This document shows, piece by piece, positions 10,256 to 20,539 of a stretch of 64,000 bases of DNA. Made by a program: the position numbers and the translations under genes. The notes under the pieces are model-generated. The model did no database searches, was not told the origin of the DNA, and worked only from the letters and a program-made list of their open reading frames with translations. How positions within the stretch are numbered: position 1 is the first letter of the stretch; each line of letters starts with the position of its first letter. The stretch lies in the NCBI GenBank assembly GCA_965205025.1, contig CBDBFU010000023.1, positions 32,001 through 96,000 on the forward strand, given 5' to 3'. This stretch comes from Candidatus Poribacteria bacterium. GTDB lineage: Bacteria; Poribacteria; WGA-4E; WGA-3G.

Positions 10256-11656
10256 ATGCCAGAAACACCCCTTCATTATAAGACGATTACTGAGCTTTCT
10301 GAATTAATCTCATCAAGAAAACTGTCTCCTGTTGAGTTGACTAATTCTATTCTACAACGAATAGATAAACATGATGACAGATTGAAAAGTTATGCTACGC
10401 TCATGACTGACCATGCATTGGATTCTGCCAAAAAAGCTGAACAGGAAATAATGGATGGTAAGTATAGAGGTTATCTACACGGTATTCCAATAGGTATAAA
10501 GGATCTTTGCTTTACCAAAGGTGTTAGAACTATGGGTGGTGCGAAAGTATTGGAGAACCATGTACCCACCTATAATAGTACAGTTGTCAATAAGTTGGAA
10601 TCTGCTGGGGCTGTAATCCTGGGTAAGTTAAATCTAACTGAAGGTGCAATGGGTGGTTATCATCCTGAATTCGACATCCCAATCAGTCCATGGAATCCTA
10701 ATAGATGGACAGGATCATCATCAAGCGGTTCTGGTGTTGCAACTTCTGCAGGTTTATGTACAGTTTCAATAGGAAGCGATACAGGTGGATCGATTCGATT
10801 TCCATCGGCTGCTTGTGGAATCGTTGGCATAAAACCTACATGGGGTAGAGTCAGTCGATTTGGCGTATTTGCACTCGCTGAATCTATGGATCATGTCGGT
10901 CCAATGACACGAAGTGTATCTGATGCTGCTATTTTATTAGAGACAATTTCTGGCTATGATGAGAATGACCCAACCTCATTACCCAATCCTGTACCCAATA
11001 TGCTTGAAGGTATCGGAAATGAAATAAATGGGATTCGAATTGGATTTGATAAACTCTATACAACTAAAGATGTAGATAATGAACTTGCAGATGCGGTATG
11101 TTTAGGTGTTGATATCTTAGAGGATTTAGGGGCAGAAATAGTAGAAGTTAAAATACCAGATATGGATGAATATGCCCTTGCATGGCCAACGATATGTACT
11201 GCTGAAGCAGTTTTAGCACATAAAGATACATATCCTTCAAGGCGTGATGAGTATGGACCTTGGTTTCAAGGTTGGCTTGATATGGGTGCTGGGATTACTG
11301 GGACACAATATGCTGAAGCAAATAACCTAAGAAATGAATGTTCAGGACACCTTAGAAGTGTTTTCAAAGATATAGATGTGTTAGTATGTCCATCAATGTC
11401 TGCCCCACCACACCCCGTCACTCCAGAATTGCTATATGGTCCAAAAGAAACCAGACCGGCAAGATTCCAGCGATTTACCGCTCCTTTTGATTTCAATGGA
11501 GCACCAACCCTCTCTGTACCATGTGGTATGACAGAAGATGGATTACCATTAAGTATTCAGTTTGTAGGTAAACATTTATGTGAACCGTTATTATGTCTGG
11601 TTGGATTTGCCTACGAAAATGCAACTGAATGGCACAAACTTCATCCAGAAATCTAA
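10256..11656 (+). CDS. Amidase (amidase signature family)
   Basis: GIPIGIKDL, GSSSSGSG, GSDTGGSIRFPS. Confidence 0.93.
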   Translation: MPETPLHYKTITELSELISSRKLSPVELTNSILQRIDKHDDRLKSYATLMTDHALDSAKKAEQEIMDGKYRGYLHGIPIGIKDLCFTKGVRTMGGAKVLENHVPTYNSTVVNKLESAGAVILGKLNLTEGAMGGYHPEFDIPISPWNPNRWTGSSSSGSGVATSAGLCTVSIGSDTGGSIRFPSAACGIVGIKPTWGRVSRFGVFALAESMDHVGPMTRSVSDAAILLETISGYDENDPTSLPNPVPNMLEGIGNEINGIRIGFDKLYTTKDVDNELADAVCLGVDILEDLGAEIVEVKIPDMDEYALAWPTICTAEAVLAHKDTYPSRRDEYGPWFQGWLDMGAGITGTQYAEANNLRNECSGHLRSVFKDIDVLVCPSMSAPPHPVTPELLYGPKETRPARFQRFTAPFDFNGAPTLSVPCGMTEDGLPLSIQFVGKHLCEPLLCLVGFAYENATEWHKLHPEI

Positions 11657-11673
11657 ACTAAAACTAAATAAGA

Positions 11674-12621
11674 TCATTTCTGTGGTAGATGATACCCATC
11701 AATCCCTACCTCTATCCTTAGTAGACTTCCACCTGCAGTAATGTAGAGATTTTTGCTTGCATCCCCACGTCCAAATGCGACATTCGTTGGTAATTCAGGT
11801 GTATTGATGAAACCTAATTCCTCTCCATCTGGAGCATATATGCCAATTCCAAATCGTGTTGCATCCCGAACAGCAACATACAAATTACCTTCGACATCAA
11901 CTTCAAATCCATCTGGACCGTGTTCTGGTGCATAGTCCACGAGGGTTTCACGATACGTTGCAGTTCCATCAGATGACAAATCATAGGCAAGGAGTGCCAT
12001 TCTACCCATACATGTAGGTAATTCATCTGGCATTTCTCTCAACGAACCACTATCATTACTACCGACATATAGAGTTTTCTGGTCAGGAGAAACTGCGATT
12101 CCGTTCGGTTTTCCAGAATCCGCAATGACTAATTCAATAGATCCATCAGTATCAATTCTATATACTCCCATCACAGGTTGTTCAACCGGTTCATGTCCAA
12201 CATACCTTGGATCTGTAAAATAGATTCTACCTTTCTCATCAATAGTCAAGTCGTTTGGTGAATTGAAAGGTCTACCTTCAAATATTCCTGCGATAATATC
12301 ACTTTTTCCAGTATTCATATCGGTACGTGTAATTCGTCTTCCACCAAAATCTGCACCTTCAGCAACAACTAATCGGCCGTATGCATCAAACTTCATGCCG
12401 TTGGACATTCCACTTGGGGAACGGAATACAGACGTCTCACCTGTTGATGGGTCGTATTTCATGATATGTCCAGCTTGCATATCCGCTTGGTGTGTGAATG
12501 TAATATCACTGAAATAGACTGTTCCATTATGTGCGACAGTCGGTCCCTCAGTGAAATGTGCTTGATTATATACCTCTTCTAACACAGAATCTTGTGGGAA
12601 TACACTATCAGATTTCGCCAT
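11674..12621 (-). CDS. SMP-30/gluconolactonase family protein
   Basis: FTEGP, FNSPNDL, PNGIAVSPD, GPDGFEVDVEGNLY, PTNVAFG. Confidence 0.92.
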   Translation of the reverse strand: MAKSDSVFPQDSVLEEVYNQAHFTEGPTVAHNGTVYFSDITFTHQADMQAGHIMKYDPSTGETSVFRSPSGMSNGMKFDAYGRLVVAEGADFGGRRITRTDMNTGKSDIIAGIFEGRPFNSPNDLTIDEKGRIYFTDPRYVGHEPVEQPVMGVYRIDTDGSIELVIADSGKPNGIAVSPDQKTLYVGSNDSGSLREMPDELPTCMGRMALLAYDLSSDGTATYRETLVDYAPEHGPDGFEVDVEGNLYVAVRDATRFGIGIYAPDGEELGFINTPELPTNVAFGRGDASKNLYITAGGSLLRIEVGIDGYHLPQK

Positions 12622-12658
12622 ATCTACTCCTATGAAATTTAGTTGTAATCAAATTGAG

Positions 12659-13677
12659 TTAACCCATCGGATGAGGACCGTTGGTATTTACATTATGTCG
12701 GGCATGCGCGTAAACAGCATCTTGTATTTCAAGTATTCGCACTGCATCTTCTACCGATGGTACAAATGAATGTCCATTTTGTATTGCATCGAATGCCATA
12801 TTCATAATCCCCACGGATTCTCTCTCCATGTGGTATATCTTCATAAAATTCAACACCATCAGTTGTATGAACTTCTATAAGTGGTTCACCCTTTTTTCCA
12901 TATTGCTCAAAAACAGATGCCTTGGTTCCAATAAACCTAAAGAAATGATCTCCACCCCGTCTTCCTGCTGGATAGGTGTATCCAGATTCAATAATTCCTG
13001 TAGTACCACTTTCAGTTCTTAAGACACCTATACCACTATCTTCTACAATCCTACTATACATGGAATTAGACATGACACCTCCTACAACACTAATTTCCTG
13101 ATCACCAACAAATTGAAGGAATGTGTCTATACCGTGTGCAGCCTCAACTGCCCAACAACCACCACCTGAAATTACCGGATCATTATGCCAGTATGATGGT
13201 GTAGGGTCGTATCTGGAAGGTGGACCATTATTTAATCTACTGTTATAAAGAACAAGGTCACCAAAATCTCCCTGTGCTATCAACTCAGAGACGATATTGA
13301 CAACACGACTTGCTCTATTTGGTAGTACAAGTGCACTGAATACACTATGTTTCTCAGATTCTTCTGCGACAGGTCTGAGACTCTCAGCGGAATCAGCAAA
13401 AGGTTTATCTAATAGATACGGAATTCGTCTAACAACACATGCTTGAATGTGAGAAGGCATCTCTGTATGCTTTCCCAGCAACAAGAGCAACTTCAGGTTT
13501 TGTAGCATCAAGACATCCAGCTGCAGAATCGTATGCTGGACACTGAAAGTCGTTAGCTAATTGTTCACGCGGAGTGTGTTCAGCATCCATCACTCCAATA
13601 ATTTCATGTCCGAGTGATTCTGCTGTCTTAGCCATGCTACGTCCATGATGACTATAAGAGAGAACTGCTATTTTCAT
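12659..13677 (-). CDS. Gfo/Idh/MocA oxidoreductase, split by two +1 homopolymer indels
   Basis: Three ORF pieces (13677-13429, 13511-12729, 12859-12659) join if one A is removed from GGGAAAGCAT and one G from CGTGGGGATT. DKP motif and AAHGID present. Confidence 0.8.
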
Positions 13678-13750
13678 TATAATAGCTCGTTTTTAGTATT
13701 CACCAATGTTTTCAATTCTTTATTCCCTGGGTGATTAACTTCGATGTAAT

Positions 13751-14129
13751 TTAGTTTTCGATTGAATCTTCATGTATTATATGTGTAGATGATTTAAGCT
13801 TATGTGTGATAAGTGCGTACAAACTGATTCCTGTCCTTGAAGCTTCATTTGTTAAGGCATAAAATAAATCCGGTTCAATGGGTATATTATATGGTCTAAC
13901 GTGCCCATTTTTTAATGTAGGTTTTGGAATATGTTCTCCATCGTTTGCATAACATTCTTTCATTAATTCCCATGCACTCTTTAACTCTTCTAACGCTTCG
14001 TTAGGCGTAGATCCGAAAGCTGAGACCATTAGGAAGTTCTACCAGATGTGCCAAGTAATCACCATCCTCATCATAAAAGACATTTACTATGAAACCATCA
14101 AAATCATCGGAATTATTCTTCATTTTCAT
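13751..14129 (-). CDS. hicB: HicB antitoxin (1-nt frameshift near 14028)
   Basis: VFYDEDGDYLAHLVELPN|VSAFGSTPNEALEEL..IPKP followed by an RHH-like tail. Joined by removing one G from AATGGTCTCA. Confidence 0.8.
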
Positions 14130-14359
14130 TCTCCAAAGCATAATGTTTGAGAAATTGTCGGACTTGATACCCTTTTGCCATAGATTTATTCGGTTGAATA
14201 ACCAAACGGAACCCATTCGGTGAGTACCATATACGATGGCTACCCTTCTGCCGGCGTTGAGTCCAGTTATATTGTTGAAGTAGTTGTTCAAATTCTCGAA
14301 ATTTTAGTCCATTAGGATTTCGATGTGCCTTGTTAATCAATTCCTCTCTTTTGATTCAT
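14113..14359 (-). CDS. hicA: HicA toxin (mRNA interferase)
   Basis: LKFREFEQLL..RQKGSHRIW..AKGYQVRQFL. ATG 14359 is in frame if one T of the run at 14349-14352 is removed; otherwise TTG 14340. Confidence 0.85.
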
Positions 14360-14474
14360 AAGAATGTTTGTTATTAACTGGAAACTACAAATGTTTATTC
14401 ATTCTATCAAAGGAAAATTTATACTTCAATATCTGTTTTTTTCAATTGTTCCAATGCACACAAAGGTCTTTGAA

Positions 14475-15389
14475 TTAACCGGTAGCATAATCATCAGGAT
14501 TGTTCTTACGCCAATTAGGCAGATATCCTTCTGTGTGTCCGAATCCATAAGAAGGTCCAATTTGGTTCACACTTGACCAGGGCCATGCCTGCCCTCCAAT
14601 TAAACGAAATTCATCACCTTTTCCACATAACCAATAGAACATATGTGCAACATATCTTGCTATACCATGTCCACCATATTCTGCTGTTTGAAAATCGAAA
14701 TCAGGTTCATGTATCCAATCACGATTTGGCTTCTCAGTTCGCCAATAACTGTATTTCAACATATGTCTTAATCCAGATGCTGTTGATTCACCACGACGAT
14801 GTAAAATACTTTGGGAGTGAATGACAAATGATCCAGCAGGTCCATCACTTGAGACACCTTTCTCAGTTATATCACGATGTGTTGGTGAAATATGTGATCC
14901 GGGTAATATCTCTGTCGGTCCCAATTCCATAGAAGTATCTTGTGGAAAATAAAACACTTCGACGAAGTTTGTTTCAGGACCAAATACGTGATCGGCATCG
15001 TGATGCCATTCTTGTGCAGGCATTGGACATTCTACACGGTGATTACTAACTAAAACTGGTAGACCAACATTATTACCAAGTAATGAACGTAATGCTCCAG
15101 CGAGTTCCTTATTCAGAAGCACATGCTCAATATACCAATCTTCAAGTAGAAGAGTACTGGGTTCGTGTGTATCTCTCATCCTTTCTAAATCAGCATGTGT
15201 CAATCCTTTTGGGATATAACAAGGATTTATAGGTAAATCACCGTTTAGATAATCAAAAGTACGTTGGTTAATCTCTTCTGGGACAACACCCTTTAATTGG
15301 AGAAAACCATCACGGCAATATTGGAGTACCTGTGAGTCGGTGAGTGTCGGTTGACAATCAAAAGTACGATTTGTTTTATCATATTTCAT
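14475..15389 (-). CDS. PhyH family dioxygenase
   Basis: DGFLQLKGV, WHHD, GPTEILPGSH, ILHR. Confidence 0.85.
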   Translation of the reverse strand: MKYDKTNRTFDCQPTLTDSQVLQYCRDGFLQLKGVVPEEINQRTFDYLNGDLPINPCYIPKGLTHADLERMRDTHEPSTLLLEDWYIEHVLLNKELAGALRSLLGNNVGLPVLVSNHRVECPMPAQEWHHDADHVFGPETNFVEVFYFPQDTSMELGPTEILPGSHISPTHRDITEKGVSSDGPAGSFVIHSQSILHRRGESTASGLRHMLKYSYWRTEKPNRDWIHEPDFDFQTAEYGGHGIARYVAHMFYWLCGKGDEFRLIGGQAWPWSSVNQIGPSYGFGHTEGYLPNWRKNNPDDYATG

Positions 15390-15416
15390 AACTGTATACC
15401 TATTATATTCTCTTAT

Positions 15417-16850
15417 CTAAACATTATCTATAGTATGTGGTTCCATTCCAAGTTTCAAATAGGATTCAGGAGTAGGAAATATCTTTCCAGGATTACAGAG
15501 TCCTGTCGGATTAAAAATCCCCTTAACATTTGCCATTACTTGTAAATCTGCTGGACTGAAGATAAGAGGCATATAATCCATTTTCTCCACACCAATCCCA
15601 TGTTCTCCGGTTATTGTACCGCCGACTTCAGCACATACTGTCAAGATTTCTTTGTTAACATGCTCCACTCGTTCACATTGGTCAGCATCACGTTCATCGA
15701 ACAATACTATTGGATGGATATTTCCATCACCAGCATGGAAAACATTGGCAATTGCAATTTGATATTTTTCAGAGATCTCTGAGATACGTCTTAATACCTT
15801 TGGAAGTGTCGTACGTGGTACAACCCCGTCCTGTGTAATATAGTTTGGAGCTAATCTTCCAAATGATCCAAATGCGCTCTTTCTTGCTTTCCAGAGTTCT
15901 TGACGTTCTGCATCATCTTTGGCATAGTTCACTTCACGTGCATTAAATTCATTAAAAATCTTGATAATTTTGTCAGTTTGATTCTGCATTCCAGCTTTAA
16001 TTCCATCAAGTTCGACAATTAGAATTGCCTCAGCATCTAATGGAAAACCGAATTTGAAAGCATCTTCTAACGCTTGTATCACCAAACTATCCATCATCTC
16101 AAGTGCAGCCGGGATAATTCCTGCACCAATTATGGTTGATACCGCATTAGATGCATCATCCATACTATCAAAAACTGCCATCGCTGTTTGATAGGATTGA
16201 GGATTTCTGGTTAGTCTAACTGTAGCTTTCGTTACAATTCCAAACGTGCCTTCTGAACCAATTAATACACCACGTAGATCGTAACCTATTACTTCCTCTA
16301 CTTCTCCGCCAAATTCAAGTATCTCACCATCAGGCATGACGACCTCCATCCCAAGAATATGGTCTGAAGTAACACCATACTTCAGGGTATGAGGACCACC
16401 TGAATTTTCAGCTATGTTCCCACCGATTGTGCATGCTTTTTGACTTGAGGGATCAGGAGCATAATGGTACCCTTGGTCCTGAACGGCTTGAGATAAAAGT
16501 AAATTCACAACCCCCGGTTCTATCACTGCTCGTTCATTTTCAATATCAATCTCAAGAATACGGTCCATTCTATTCAAAGCAATGATAATTCCACCCTTGA
16601 CTGATAGCATTCCCCCACTTAATCCTGTACCACCACCTCTTGCGATAAATGGTGTATTGTACTTATTCGCTATTTTGACAATATCAGAGACCTGTTGTGA
16701 TGTATCAGCGAATACAACAACATCAGGCATTGCTTTAAAAGAAGGTGCAGCATCACATTCATAAACAGAAAGGGCAGTCGTGTCTGTTAATACATTCTTT
16801 GAACCTAAAAGTTCGGTGAGATCAGATATAAGTTGTTCCTTATGTTCCAC
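15417..16850 (-). CDS. glcD: FAD-linked oxidase, glycolate oxidase subunit GlcD-like
   Basis: RGGGTGLSGG, APDPSSQKACTIGGNIAENSGGPHTLKYG, HAGDGNIHP, GEHGIG, NPGKI. Confidence 0.85.
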   Translation of the reverse strand: MEHKEQLISDLTELLGSKNVLTDTTALSVYECDAAPSFKAMPDVVVFADTSQQVSDIVKIANKYNTPFIARGGGTGLSGGMLSVKGGIIIALNRMDRILEIDIENERAVIEPGVVNLLLSQAVQDQGYHYAPDPSSQKACTIGGNIAENSGGPHTLKYGVTSDHILGMEVVMPDGEILEFGGEVEEVIGYDLRGVLIGSEGTFGIVTKATVRLTRNPQSYQTAMAVFDSMDDASNAVSTIIGAGIIPAALEMMDSLVIQALEDAFKFGFPLDAEAILIVELDGIKAGMQNQTDKIIKIFNEFNAREVNYAKDDAERQELWKARKSAFGSFGRLAPNYITQDGVVPRTTLPKVLRRISEISEKYQIAIANVFHAGDGNIHPIVLFDERDADQCERVEHVNKEILTVCAEVGGTITGEHGIGVEKMDYMPLIFSPADLQVMANVKGIFNPTGLCNPGKIFPTPESYLKLGMEPHTIDNV

Positions 16851-16955
16851 TTAAATAACCTAAAAAATCTGAGATTCTTATATATTCAGATTACCACATT
16901 TCTCTTTATATGTCCAATATGTTAACCAAGAGGGCTCCATAAATAATTTGTCACT

Positions 16956-17347
16956 ATAGGCGTCAATTTAAAAGCTTAGACTCTTCTGTAGGAGGGGATT
17001 CCGATTCCCGATCTTTCCTCACCCCAGATGAAGTTAAAAAAATAAAATAGGTAATTTGGACCCAGAGGCTGGTAGGTGCGGTTTCCTAACCGTACTATAG
17101 GCGTCAATTTTAGACTATGATTTATTGGTTTTGAGTCCCGTAGGGACGGAATGTCTATAGAAAACGCGTTTATGCACTTTCTTGAGTCCCGTAGGGACGG
17201 AATGTTTATAGAAGTCGTTATCACCAATATCCCAAGCCCCAGCGGGGCGAAAGGTGTGTAGAAAACGTGAAAACACAAAACAATAAGCCCAGCGGGGCGA
17301 AAGGTGTATCCTAAATTGACGCCTATGGTGCGGTTTCCTAACCGTAC
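16956..17347. repeat. REP/MITE mosaic
   Basis: Perfect 14-bp inverted repeat ATAGGCGTCAATTT (17097) / AAATTGACGCCTAT (17313-17326), flanked by the 21-bp direct repeat GGTGCGGTTTCCTAACCGTAC (17075-17095, 17327-17347). Internal TGAGTCCCGTAGGGACGGAATGT x2 and AGCCC(C)AGCGGGGCGAAAGGTGT x2. 16956-17015 resembles 20252-20310. Confidence 0.8.
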
Positions 17348-17379
17348 CGGATTCTACAAGAAACTGGAAATTACCCGAA

Positions 17380-17705
17380 TAAATTCTTTTAAGATTCTCC
17401 TCGGTGTCGTCGGTGAGCCGATGTAGATTGCTACCATCGTTATTAATAATATATACGGCGGACTTTTGCAGCTGCCTCGGTTCCACCGGCAGAAGTTTCC
17501 TAAAAGCAATCTGCTGACCATCCGGAGACCAAACAGGCCACCAGGCACTATATGCTCCGATCCTTTGGAGATTATTACCGTCATCATCCATCACATAGAG
17601 ACCGCCACCGGTGCGTACAGAACGATACGATAAAAAAACGATTTTTGCGGGTGCCAAACTCGGTAAGAATAACAGGAACAAGCAGTAGCAGAGGAGACGT
17701 TGCAT
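17380..17705 (-). pseudogene. Truncated TolB-like (PD40 repeat) protein
   Basis: Signal peptide, AKIVFLS, LYVMDDDGNNLQRI, PVWSPDGQQIAF, VYIINNDGSNLHRLT. The ORF then runs into the repeat mosaic after only about 2 blades. Confidence 0.75.
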
Positions 17706-17816
17706 AAAACTTGTTTACCTCCATTTTACAGTAGATTTTCCAATGCCCTTGATATTGACGTGCTGTCGGAGAGAATCGAAACGCTCTCCGACAGAGGATA
17801 CTGATCAATCATGAGA

Positions 17817-18076
17817 CTACTTATCTTCAACCCAGACTTTATAGGAATCCCAGTAAACACTTCCATCCCACCGGTAAACATAGGCGGTGATTTCGTAGGA
17901 TATGCCTCCCGCAGGCACATCATCCGGGAAACACGAGTAGGTCATCTTCGCATTAGCCAGATTATCTGGGCATGATCATCTTTGGCTAACCACGCAAAAA
18001 CGGGAAAACATGACCATAACGTAACAAAAAATATAAAAATATAGGTCGTGAGTTTGGATATAAATGATCTAAACAT
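17817..18076 (-). pseudogene. Possible remnant of a secreted-protein gene upstream of the TolB-like fragment
   Basis: Signal-peptide-like start (MFRSFISKLTTYIFIFFVTLWSCFPVFA), then in another frame ...YEITAYVYRWDGSVYWDSYKVWVEDK*. Confidence 0.3.
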
Positions 18077-18145
18077 TTGGTTTCTCTTTCATTATTATAA
18101 TAGGATATGCCAAAAAAGCATATCGTAAAGTTTATCGGGGTCCTA

Positions 18146-18272
18146 ATACCATTTCTGGTAATTAAAGTCTCATTAATAGATCTCTTTAATGTAGCACAAA
18201 CTTCCAGTTTGTGCAGTATTTCAAGCCATACATAACAAAAGTTGATGGGATAAACATTTTTAGAATTGGTAT
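18146..18272. mobile_element. MITE-like element, uninterrupted copy with a REP-like hairpin
   Basis: ATACCATTTCT...AGAATTGGTAT ends. Internal GTAG-CACAAACT-TCC-AGTTTGTG-C. Confidence 0.7.
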
Positions 18273-18846
18273 TATATTTAAACTCTCAAAATAAATGTCG
18301 AGAAGGGGTCCATCTTGAAAGTTTATATTTAAACGTTCAAGATTCGGAATACAATGTTCTGTGCTGTTTGCCTCAACACCACCAAACAACAAAAACCCGC
18401 AACGAGGCAAAGCCGGCGTCCAGGCGCGAAAATATCGCAGATTAAATTCAGCGATAAGAAATTATGACGTAAAAATATTAACGAATGTATCGTCGAGAGG
18501 GGGTAGTTAAAACCAGCCTTAAAAACATCGCATACACAAAAATCTTGATCAGATGAAAGATATCTGATGCATTTATTTCTGATTAGCAATTTCATTTTTA
18601 TTTTGGACTTTAGCATAAAATTTGTATTTTTTTGCAGGCAATTTAAAGCAATGAATTCAACATATGTTTACAAACAGAATAGACACACTGGTATGAATGT
18701 GAAACCTTATCTAAATTTATTTGATGATGTAAATGTCAGATGTTATAATTAACATATCTTGTGAGTTGAAATATATACTCCAACTCAATATTAGAGTAAA
18801 CTAACAATCAATCGTGTCTATAGTCATGCATTAAAAAGGAGTAAAA

Positions 18847-19626
18847 ATGCGTTTAATTTGTCTGATATTAGGAATTACTTTCTCAATTACTTTACTGTTA
18901 CCCCAAATTAGTACAGCAAAAATTGATCCAGAAACTGCTGCCGGAGTTTGGCTGTTCGATGAGGGTGCTGGTGATGATGCAGTCGATTCATCTGGGAAAG
19001 AAAACCACGGAAAGATCAATGGAGCTAAATGGAAGGATGGTAAATTTGGAGAAGCCCTTGAATTCGATGGTGCACATTCGGTTTCAATTGAATCTACACC
19101 AGATTTACAATTAGGTGAACAACATACCATGATGGCTTGGTTTTATGCTAAAGATATTACCACATGGCGACAACTTATTGCTAAGAACAATGAATATCTT
19201 TTACGGATTGATCCACCACAAGAAGGTAATAAAATGTCCTCGTTTGTTCATCTAGGTGGATGGGAACCCAGAGCTTCTGCAAGTGTTCCAGACACAGATA
19301 CCTGGATTCATTTTGCAGCTACTTACGATAAGTCAGCAAACAATAACCAGCTTAACGTATATGTTAATGGTAAACAAGCCGGGGCAAGCACACGTCCTGG
19401 GAATCCTGCTGGAAATGCTGATCCAGTTACCATAGGAACATGGAATGGTGGATCATTCTTTGTCGGAATTATTGATGAAGTCGCAATCTTTAAAGCTATA
19501 TTAACAGAAGCGGATCTTCAGACCATTATGGATAATGGGTTAGATAAAGCATTAGGCGGTGTTGCTGCTGTTGATGCCAATGAGAAATTGGCGACCACAT
19601 GGGCAAACCTGAAATCTGATAATTAA
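18847..19626 (+). CDS. Secreted LamG-like jellyroll protein with C-terminal VD..KLATTW motif
   Basis: Signal peptide, GVWLFDEG, GKFGEALEFDG, WIHFAATYD, GIIDEVAIF, AVDANEKLATTWANLK. Confidence 0.9.
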   Translation: MRLICLILGITFSITLLLPQISTAKIDPETAAGVWLFDEGAGDDAVDSSGKENHGKINGAKWKDGKFGEALEFDGAHSVSIESTPDLQLGEQHTMMAWFYAKDITTWRQLIAKNNEYLLRIDPPQEGNKMSSFVHLGGWEPRASASVPDTDTWIHFAATYDKSANNNQLNVYVNGKQAGASTRPGNPAGNADPVTIGTWNGGSFFVGIIDEVAIFKAILTEADLQTIMDNGLDKALGGVAAVDANEKLATTWANLKSDN

Positions 19627-19645
19627 TTTTAATATAATTCCACTA

Positions 19646-19684
19646 AACAAGGACAGAAGGTAAAATTCTGTCCTTGTTCTTTTA
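19646..19684 (+). terminator. Rho-independent terminator
   Basis: 13-bp stem AACAAGGACAGAA / TTCTGTCCTTGTT followed by a T run, 20 bp after the stop codon. Confidence 0.8.
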
Positions 19685-19794
19685 AATGTAAAAATATTGA
19701 AGAAAATCAAACCATAACACAACTAAAGATATAAAATAATTGAAATTAGACTGAAAAACAAGTAACAGAAGTAAATATACTATAGAATAATATC

Positions 19795-19910
19795 ATACCA
19801 TTTCTAATTGAAGATGTCTCTTTTTTGTAGCACAAACTTTCCAGTTTGTGGCGTATTAGATTACATTTCACAAAAACCTGTAATGCGAACCCATTTTTTA
19901 GAAATGGTAT
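19795..19910. mobile_element. MITE-like element, diverged copy
   Basis: ATACCATTTCTAA...TTAGAAATGGTAT terminal inverted repeats and GTAGCACAAACTTTCCAGTTTGTG core. Confidence 0.7.
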
Positions 19911-19928
19911 CACATAAAAAACTTTTGC

Positions 19929-20020
19929 TTGACAAATATATTTTTATTATGTTACTATATATATCACAATAAAAGTATAACAAAAAATTTGTTATGAAAC
20001 TTTCATAACAGTTATGAAAA
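19929..20020 (+). promoter_or_regulatory. sigma70-like promoter followed by an operator-like palindrome
   Basis: TTGACA 19929-19934 and TACTAT 19953-19958. Palindrome TGTTATGAAA-C-TTTCATAACA at 19990-20010 plus an extra GTTATGAAA half-site. Confidence 0.4.
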
Positions 20021-20539
20021 GGAAATTACAATCTGATACACCTACAAACCTATACCAGAACAGGATTCAGAACACTTCAAACAAGAACAAAGTATGAATT
20101 TTTAAAAAAAATAAAAAAACTAACATTTTTTTAGTATATCTACAAACCCTTTCTAGGACTGACTTTAGAGCAGTTTAAAACATGCTGCTTAATAATTGTG
20201 TTATGAAAATAAAATTATGGTATATCTCATAAATATGAATCGTTATTACTTATAGCGTCAATTTAAGGATTAGACTCTTCTGTGGGAGGGATTCCGATCT
20301 CCTATCCTTCAAGATCCTGTTCCTATTTTGATCGTTTCAACCCAGTTTTTCAGACACTCTCCTCACCCCCAGAGGGGTGATATGTCTATAGGAAAGGTAT
20401 GACAACTTCCTGCAATCCAACGGAGTGCTATGTAAGTGAATAGGTGGCAACTTAGGTTAATATACTTTTTGTGAGATTCACTAAACAGAATTCACATCTA
20501 CAGAGAGAAGATCAACTAATAAATAGGAAGATGGGAAAT

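Noticed and set aside
16976-17278. 100-aa ORF with repeated IPSLRDS
   Set aside because: It is a translation of REP-like DNA repeats, not a credible protein.
17130-17310. Duplicated 25-30 bp palindromic units as a mini CRISPR array
   Set aside because: Only two copies of each of two different units, no regular repeat-spacer run and no cas genes. They fit REP-like repeats.
18186-18752. Several short ORFs
   Set aside because: No recognisable motifs or RBS, overlapping each other and a MITE.
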